The position numbers and the translations under genes were made by a program. Positions 47,858 through 54,506 of a DNA stretch of 54,506 nt are shown here, piece by piece (the stretch's first letter is position 1; the number at the start of each line of letters is the position of its first letter). The stretch is taken from positions 1 through 54,506 of the forward strand of contig NKIB01013629.1 in the NCBI GenBank assembly GCA_002256025.1, written 5' to 3'. The DNA comes from Asterionella formosa. Its lineage: Eukaryota. Under the pieces are notes generated by a model. That model did no database searches. It was not told the DNA's origin and saw only the letters and a list, made by a program, of their open reading frames with translations.

Positions 47858-48762
47858 TTAGGACACCATAGTATCATAGTAAGTCATCATACCTACCGTC
47901 CAGTATAATTCTCTATTTATCTACTGGTACATGAATGCTCCATGTCAGGTGCATATCAGCTACCTGGTACCGGTACATTGGTTTTCTCAAAATCATGTGT
48001 TGATTGAGCTTGAACACTGTTGCTAACATCAAGTCCTTTCAAAATTTCAGCAAAACATTGTGAAAAGTCACAGCCACTGAAATTGGCCGTGTCACAGACA
48101 TTCTTGCCAACCAGTGACAATGTCAAATCCATGGAGACAGAGTCATTGGGATCACTGCTGCTATTAAGGGTCAAGTCATACATGGATTCCACAACAGCAC
48201 GGAATCTACTGCTACTACTGGCTGCCACATCCATGTGCTCTTGGACAATAGTTGTGCACCTGCGGATACTGTTGCTGGTGTCTGGCATAATGGGATCAAA
48301 ATCAATCCCAAAAACGGTTTCATATCCAGAAATATCAGTTTTGGCCCAACCACATTGACGATTCAGATTTGAATTAGCTTCTTCAGGGTATTTGGTTCAG
48401 TTTGGACGGCGTTTTCCCTTTTGAACTTAACTTGCAAGTACACTGTTCATTACACGTTTCACAAGTCTGTTGATGATTTCGACTGAACCCTGATCACTGG
48501 GCTTTCGGGGCCTACCAGTGACTGTCAGTATTGTTTGATTCCACCTTTTCAACATACCCACTGCTTGTTCAGCTATGAACTCAGAACCATTATCAGTGTG
48601 AAAGATGTGCGGATATCCAATCAATCCAAAGAGACGAGACTTTAATTCAAAGCAGACATACTTTGCATTTTTCTTTGGAATAGCTCTTAAATAGCATAAG
48701 CCAGTGAAGTGATCCTTCACAAACATAATCCATCGCATTACCTGACCATAAACATTGCGACG

Positions 48763-49225
48763 NNNNNNNNNNNNNNNNNNNNNNNNNNNNNNNNNNNNNN
48801 NNNNNNNNNNNNNNNNNNNNNNNNNNNNNNNNNNNNNNNNNNNNNNNNNNNNNNNNNNNNNNNNNNNNNNNNNNNNNNNNNNNNNNNNNNNNNNNNNNNN
48901 NNNNNNNNNNNNNNNNNNNNNNNNNNNNNNNNNNNNNNNNNNNNNNNNNNNNNNNNNNNNNNNNNNNNNNNNNNNNNNNNNNNNNNNNNNNNNNNNNNNN
49001 NNNNNNNNNNNNNNNNNNNNNNNNNNNNNNNNNNNNNNNNNNNNNNNNNNNNNNNNNNNNNNNNNNNNNNNNNNNNNNNNNNNNNNNNNNNNNNNNNNNN
49101 NNNNNNNNNNNNNNNNNNNNNNNNNNNNNNNNNNNNNNNNNNNNNNNNNNNNNNNNNNNNNNNNNNNNNNNNNNNNNNNNNNNNNNNNNNNNNNNNNNNN
49201 NNNNNNNNNNNNNNNNNNNNNNNNN
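48763..49225. other. Assembly gap (463 N)
   Basis: Run of N. Confidence 1.
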
Positions 49226-49561
49226 CATTGCCTTCCACATCTTTCTTTGATATCAATGCATACCTTTTTACAAGTGAATAACCAATTCGATGTTGTCCCC
49301 GTATCTCTGAATTATCCCAGTTTTTAATAATTTACACAACTTCATTGTATTTATCATCAATCATGTCACATGATCTAGTGTTTTCCTGTTCCTGTTGTGT
49401 TAATTATACGCAATTTTATTGTATTTCTCTTCAGCCAGTCATGTCACATGACCCTGCTTTTCCTGTTCCTGATGTGTTCTTTTCCTTTGTTCACTCCTGT
49501 TGTAATTCTTGCAGTCTTTTTCTTTGATCTTGATTTAGCATATTCGATTATCTTTGCAGCC

Positions 49562-49815
49562 CTTCTTGTTGCAGTCGTTGTTCCAGCTTCCGCTTTTGGA
49601 GTTTTTCCTGCTACTGTTGCCTTTTCATTCCTTGTTGCAGCCGTCGTTGCTCCAGTTTCCGCATCGACTCAAGTTGTACCTGTGCCCGCCTTTTCATTCC
49701 TTGTTGTTGTCGTTGTTCCGGTTTCTGCATCGACTGGAGTTGTCTACCTGTGCCCGCCTTTTCATTCTTTGTTGCTGTCATTGCTCCGGTTTCCGCATCG
49801 ACTGGAGTTGTGCCT
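49562..49815. repeat. Minisatellite, ~4 units of ~60-69 bp, within the integrase element
   Basis: GCCTTTTCATTCCTTGTTG...GTTTCCGCATCGACTGGAGTTGT repeated; the minus strand encodes TTPVDAETGA.TAT.NEKAG-like units. Confidence 0.9.
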
Positions 49816-51718
49816 GATGCTGCGTCGTCATTGAAAAAAACCAAGAGCTACAGCGTTGAAATGCGTGCGAAAGGATTCTCTGATTCTCTGTGCACCCCCA
49901 ATACTGACAGTGGCATTGCCATGATCATTGGATGAAGATGTAGACACATATGAGAATTCACTCACCACATACTCTTCATCATCACTACTGTCTTCATTGC
50001 AATTCTTCTTCTTCGAAGAATTCATCTCAAATCAGAGGAACTTTTCCGGTATACAAGTGCAAGATGAAGGTCCATTACACTTTTTGCATAATTTTAGCTA
50101 AGCAGGAACGACATTCTGATAAGGCTGCTGAAATAGAAGATTCTTGATAACCTCATATGGACGAGTTTTGAACCAAATTACGACCTTTGTAGTGATTGAG
50201 TTCATTGAACAATTGATAATATCCTTTGGCAAGTGCAAAATGTTTTTCCCTCAGTTTGTCATGTACTCCTTGTTGGTCCGTGCAATCAGAAAATTTATGA
50301 TATGGTACCATGTCGTCCATCTGCATCCGGGAGTTCTTATTAATGGTATTATCGACAGGAGCCATTTTTATTGTATCAACAACTGAAAAAGAAATGTCAT
50401 CATCGGCCGCTTTCAGTATCAATTACGGGAGCCTTCGTACTAGTAGCTGATGGTGTCCCCATCGACAATGGAGTAGTACCCCCACTAACTCCCTGTCGCC
50501 GATTGGGCTCCCTTGGATAGTCGCCTATTCGCTTTTTCTTTGTTAACTCATTTTGGTACTTGCTTCTTTGTTCCATACCGGGAGTATTTGCCACATGTCG
50601 CTTGTTTCCATGAACCTCTTTATGGTTTTTTATTATCATTATACTTCAAGCAAGGTTGGTAAAATATTAATAAATCATCATAGCTATAGGATACCTTGAT
50701 CATAGTTTTGATCCAAAAATTATCATTTACACGAAAATCCTGTGCCACTTAGCGTACAATACCCTTGATCCTATATGCAAGATACTTTTTATTTGCCGAC
50801 AAAGATTGGGTCACAGTAGCCCACAAAAAGCAATGTAGCTAACAACTACTTCACTGACAAGGCCACCAGACTGCCAAACCCTGTGCACCTCAATTGATTT
50901 CCATTGTTGCTACTATAGCTTTATCTATTTTAAATATTTTTTCAAAAGATTTGCAATAAAGAATTAGTATTGCAAGCATGGCAACAAAGATCTGCAACAA
51001 TGGATGCAAGTTTGCTGCATTGTGTGTTGAAATTGGGTTTGCTTTGGCAATATCTATTCATTTGACAGCATCAATTTTATGTTGTATCAGTCATTTTTTC
51101 ATTGGAATCTGAAAATTCCAACTATGGAGTCATTGGATCTTTTCAAAATGACTTCTTTGTCAGTTGATGATTTGGTGATCAATGCCAAATTGTCATTTAT
51201 TTGCTGAAACTTTCTGGTTTTGCTGAACTGCTTAGTAGCAATGCATCAGCAATCAGCAAGCCCTGTTTCTGGCTGAGTTGGTGAAACTTGTCTGGATTTG
51301 CTGAATTGTTGAAATAGACATGCTGCATAGTACATTTGAAATGAAGCCAGCGATCGCTGCAAGCCAGCCTTTTGCCCTGTACCAAGCACGGAACTGCTTG
51401 AAATCGACTGAAATCAGGAGCGCACTCCAGGAAAAACTGGACCTTGCCTGCTGGTACATATTCTTACATAGGTTTCTGTAGAGGAGCCTACATACATGCA
51501 TACCTCGTACTGGTACCTAGTACCAGGTACTATTTACAGGTACACGACAATAATCGATACATACCGGTACCGGTGGTCGACTTCGGACTCTTAAAAATAC
51601 TGGTCTCTTTTATAATAGTTCGTTGTTGTTGCTCTTGCTGTTGACGCTGTAAAGCCAGATCCCGGACTTGTATCGGTTCTATTCCCTTCACCAAAAATTG
51701 CATACTATCTGAATAAAG

Positions 51719-52742
51719 ATGACGATGTTTGAAGGAGGACGACAAGAACTGATTGGAGAAAACGACAGCTCTGACCACGAGAGCGACAATGACGAGAAAC
51801 CCTACGACGACGCCAGGAAAACGGTAGAAGACAGCGAATCATTAGGTGTCATTGACAGTGAGCAACCAGCAAGTACAGAAAGAGCGCCCCAGAGACCCAA
51901 AAAACAGTAAGTTCAGATTTTTCGAATGATGACATGAATTCGTCATTTTATCTGATGTCACCAACCCACATTTACTGTACTTGTTCTCGTGTGCAGGTAT
52001 GCAGTTTCAACTCGGTGGGAGCGAGAACTTGCAGAAGGCAGAGACGAGGAAGAATTTCTGAATAAAGTGTTTTGTTGCTGTGCTCGAAGAGTTGGGAATA
52101 TGTATTTTTTGATTGAAAAGCAGGACGGTTCTCCTGTCGTTGTAGCTGGGCCGTGCTGGCCTTTCTGCATGGGTGTCACTGTTCCTCTGATAGTTGGCAT
52201 TTCAGCTGCTGTCATTTTCCTGGTTATTTTTAATCAGCGTGTAGGATTTGTGAGTACATGAGGAACAAGTGCGGTTAGATCCTTGCCAACTGACTCACCC
52301 ATAATTTTTCAGCCAACATGGGTCGCTGGCATCTATCTTCCCATAGTTTTCTTTACCTTGGGTGCTCTCTTTTGCGTCAGCTGTAGAGACCCTGGATTAA
52401 TGGAACGAGTGACAGATGAGGAAGCGGGAGAAGGTGGCTGGTATTGGAACGAACAAGTCGGTAGTTATCGACCACCAGGTGCACTATACTGTCGTGAATG
52501 CGGTGTAAGTTTAACTTTCTTTGTCCTTGCTTATTTAGCGTCATTAGACCCAACCTCATTAGTTTTCTTCCACTTTGAAGGTTTTGGTACAAGATTATGA
52601 TCATTTATGTCCCTGGACGGGGACTGGTATTGGCCACAAAAACATGATTTCATTCAAAATATTTGTGGTGTCGGTAAATGTTTTGTGCTATTCATCAGTC
52701 ATTTTGGTAGCTGTTGGTTTGCTGCACGGTCTTCTACAGTAA
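51719..52742 (+). CDS. DHHC-family protein S-acyltransferase with a DHLC active site, 264 aa; exons 51719-51906, 51997-52249, 52313-52504, 52581-52742
   Basis: GPCWP, two TM helices, RDPG, RPPGALYCRECGVLVQDYDHLCPWTGTGIG.KN, then a TM helix. Three frame-preserving GT-AG introns. Confidence 0.9.
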
Positions 52743-53158
52743 TAAGGAAATTTCATGTTTTTTCTGTGTCTCCCTTGATAACTTAGCAAGTACGACTAGC
52801 TTTGGGACAAGCGACACAGCAACGTGCACGTGAATGACATCGTTGACTACTTATCCAGTCAGATTTCCCTACGTTGTGTAGCAATATAAAAAAATGTGGC
52901 ACGTATATGCAAAATGAGTTCAGGTCAGTTCCATTTTGAAGTACCAGTGCTCCCGAATTGACGATGTTTCCTTAACAACAAGGAAAAAAAGGATATAACC
53001 CCTTCAAAGAAATGTTGGCATTGCCTAATTTACAATATCAAATCTTGCATTACCCAAAGCAAACAATCTGATTGCACACCCTAATCCATAGGCCACAAGG
53101 CAAATAACTCAGGAGTGCTGCAGCATGTTCATCGTGCACGCCATCGTGCTTCAAATGT

Positions 53159-53633
53159 CTAAAGGATGAAAGGCTTCGGCATCTTGATCTCCTTCAATGC
53201 GGGTTCTTGCTTTTCAGGAGTACTTCCGCTCCTTGGGCGTCGCTCTCCAAGCTCTGGGAAAGAAGGTGCGGGCTGCTTCTGGTTCGAAACGGTGATAGTG
53301 TGTGAGAAGTTGACAACCTTGACGATCCATACCAATAGCTACAATAAGCTAATGGTGTGATAAAGCAATTTAAGGAATGAGAGGAGTTTCAGTGAGCAAT
53401 CAATGGCACCTGCCTCAGCATTTTGATTCACTGTGACAGCATGCCGCCATTGATCGCCAACCTGAACAAGTCACTCCGCATAACGGGAATCAAAAACATT
53501 CTTGGGTAAATCTTACCTTGCTCTTGCCGGGCGAAGTGTATGGGGTGCTCATCATCATCTCATCCATAGCGGAAAGTCTTCCGATGCTGTCGAAATCGCT
53601 GTTGCAATTGCTCATGGCGGTATTATTGGTCAT
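53159..53633 (-). CDS. Putative small spliced protein (~78 aa) of unknown function; exons 53633-53517 and 53278-53159
   Basis: ATG at 53633, strong AAG|GTAAGA donor and gene-like GC/CpG content. The CCAG acceptor gives ...SPGKSK|KQPAPSFPELGERRPRSGSTPEK...KPFIL*. Other acceptors are possible. Confidence 0.4.
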
Positions 53634-54506
53634 GAATCTCGAAGAATTTCTGTTTGCCACGACCTGTCAAGTTTATTGTGTTCTTGTGTGCTGTTTGCGT
53701 GGTATTGATGAAATTTACCTGTACAGGAAATATGTAGACTCTACTGTGTCGAGATAAAACGAATCTTACCGTTTTCTGCTGGCTTGCCTGGAGTACCTGG
53801 TATTTGATTTCGATGATGCGAATGAAACCGGTATGAACCTGGTAATATGAATGTGCTGACGTATAGATTACTGGTACCAGGTACCCTGGTGACGACATTT
53901 TCATCATACATAGGACCTACGGATAGTACTGGTACTATATTTTTTGTTAGGAGGACATCACCATAAGGAGGTGTCCCTGGTACCAGGTACCAGGTACCTC
54001 ATACTTGGTGCACGAAGGTCCGGTAAAACCCTCACCGGTAGGGGGATACCGGTACCAGGTACCTTGTACCAGTGCCAACAAGTTGCTTGCAGGTATGACT
54101 TAGTTTATCCGCCCGATTGTTCACCCTTGCTTTCAAAGTGCTGAAGGCAAGTAGCCGCCGAGAAGGGTATTGATGAGGCAATTCCCGCTCTAGCTATCGC
54201 CGCGTCATTCGCTTACCTACTGCCCACAAAATTAGCGTAAATGTCAATTTTAGCCTACTATTGCCCATCATATAAAATATCTTTTGTGTATTTCCTATCT
54301 TCACCTCGACAATTGCCAAAGGTCCGATATTGCCCATTATTTCATATGTTCGCATTTTGGCAAGACAACAGACACCAATTGCCCCTCGGTTTTCCAGCCC
54401 TGGGATTGCCGAAATCGGCAAGGGGTCTACTTAAGGAAACCATTTTATATACTATACAGATTCTAATAATTTATATCTAGAATTCACCTCGTTTTTGTTC
54501 GTCTCC

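Larger units (their letters stand above)
47990..50640 (-). mobile_element. Decayed element encoding a retroviral-type (rve) integrase/transposase, Ginger-like
   Basis: VKDHFTG..YLRAIP.K.A, GYPHIFHTDNGSEF and GRPRKPSDQGSVE..NR (D,D,E) at 48427-48738, continuing after a frameshift as PN*T...YETVFG. No RT, RNase H or LTR is visible. Interrupted by the gap. Confidence 0.75.

Noticed and set aside
48647..49327. ORFs spanning the N run
   Set aside because: Artefacts of the assembly gap.
49562..49815. CRISPR-like repeat-spacer array
   Set aside because: Whole units are homologous with no unique spacers; this is a coding minisatellite.

Overview
Eukaryotic nuclear DNA, most likely a diatom (inference from short GT-AG introns, compact genes, a bipartite plastid presequence on an ABC1 kinase and the transposon types). 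Intact genes alternate with AT-rich, CpG-poor islands of decayed transposons, and there is one 463-nt assembly gap. I can support 11 protein-coding genes: a LicD nucleotidyltransferase fused to a StrG-like oxygenase, DGAT2, an OB-fold/Gln-His-rich protein, a PDZ-like orphan, DUF711, an APH/hydroxylysine-kinase-like protein, an ABC1 kinase, a ~2970-aa TPR protein, a sulfotransferase, an SPX-domain protein and a DHHC-family acyltransferase. A twelfth small gene is tentative. Mobile DNA includes a LINE remnant, a TIR element, PIF/Harbinger, pogo-like and rve-integrase relics. The best candidates for novelty are: (1) a two-copy tRNA-Gln-derived Pol III cassette followed by a conserved structured domain; (2) TA-CC(A/T)GG-TA arrays upstream of genes that look like stacked transposon excision footprints; (3) a kinase ending in a piggyBac-like Cys-rich domain; (4) a GAATC motif cluster in the long SPX intron; (5) a DHLC acyltransferase that has lost most zinc ligands; (6) an NLR-like TPR giant with no P-loop. 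All family calls come from motif recognition by eye, not database searches.
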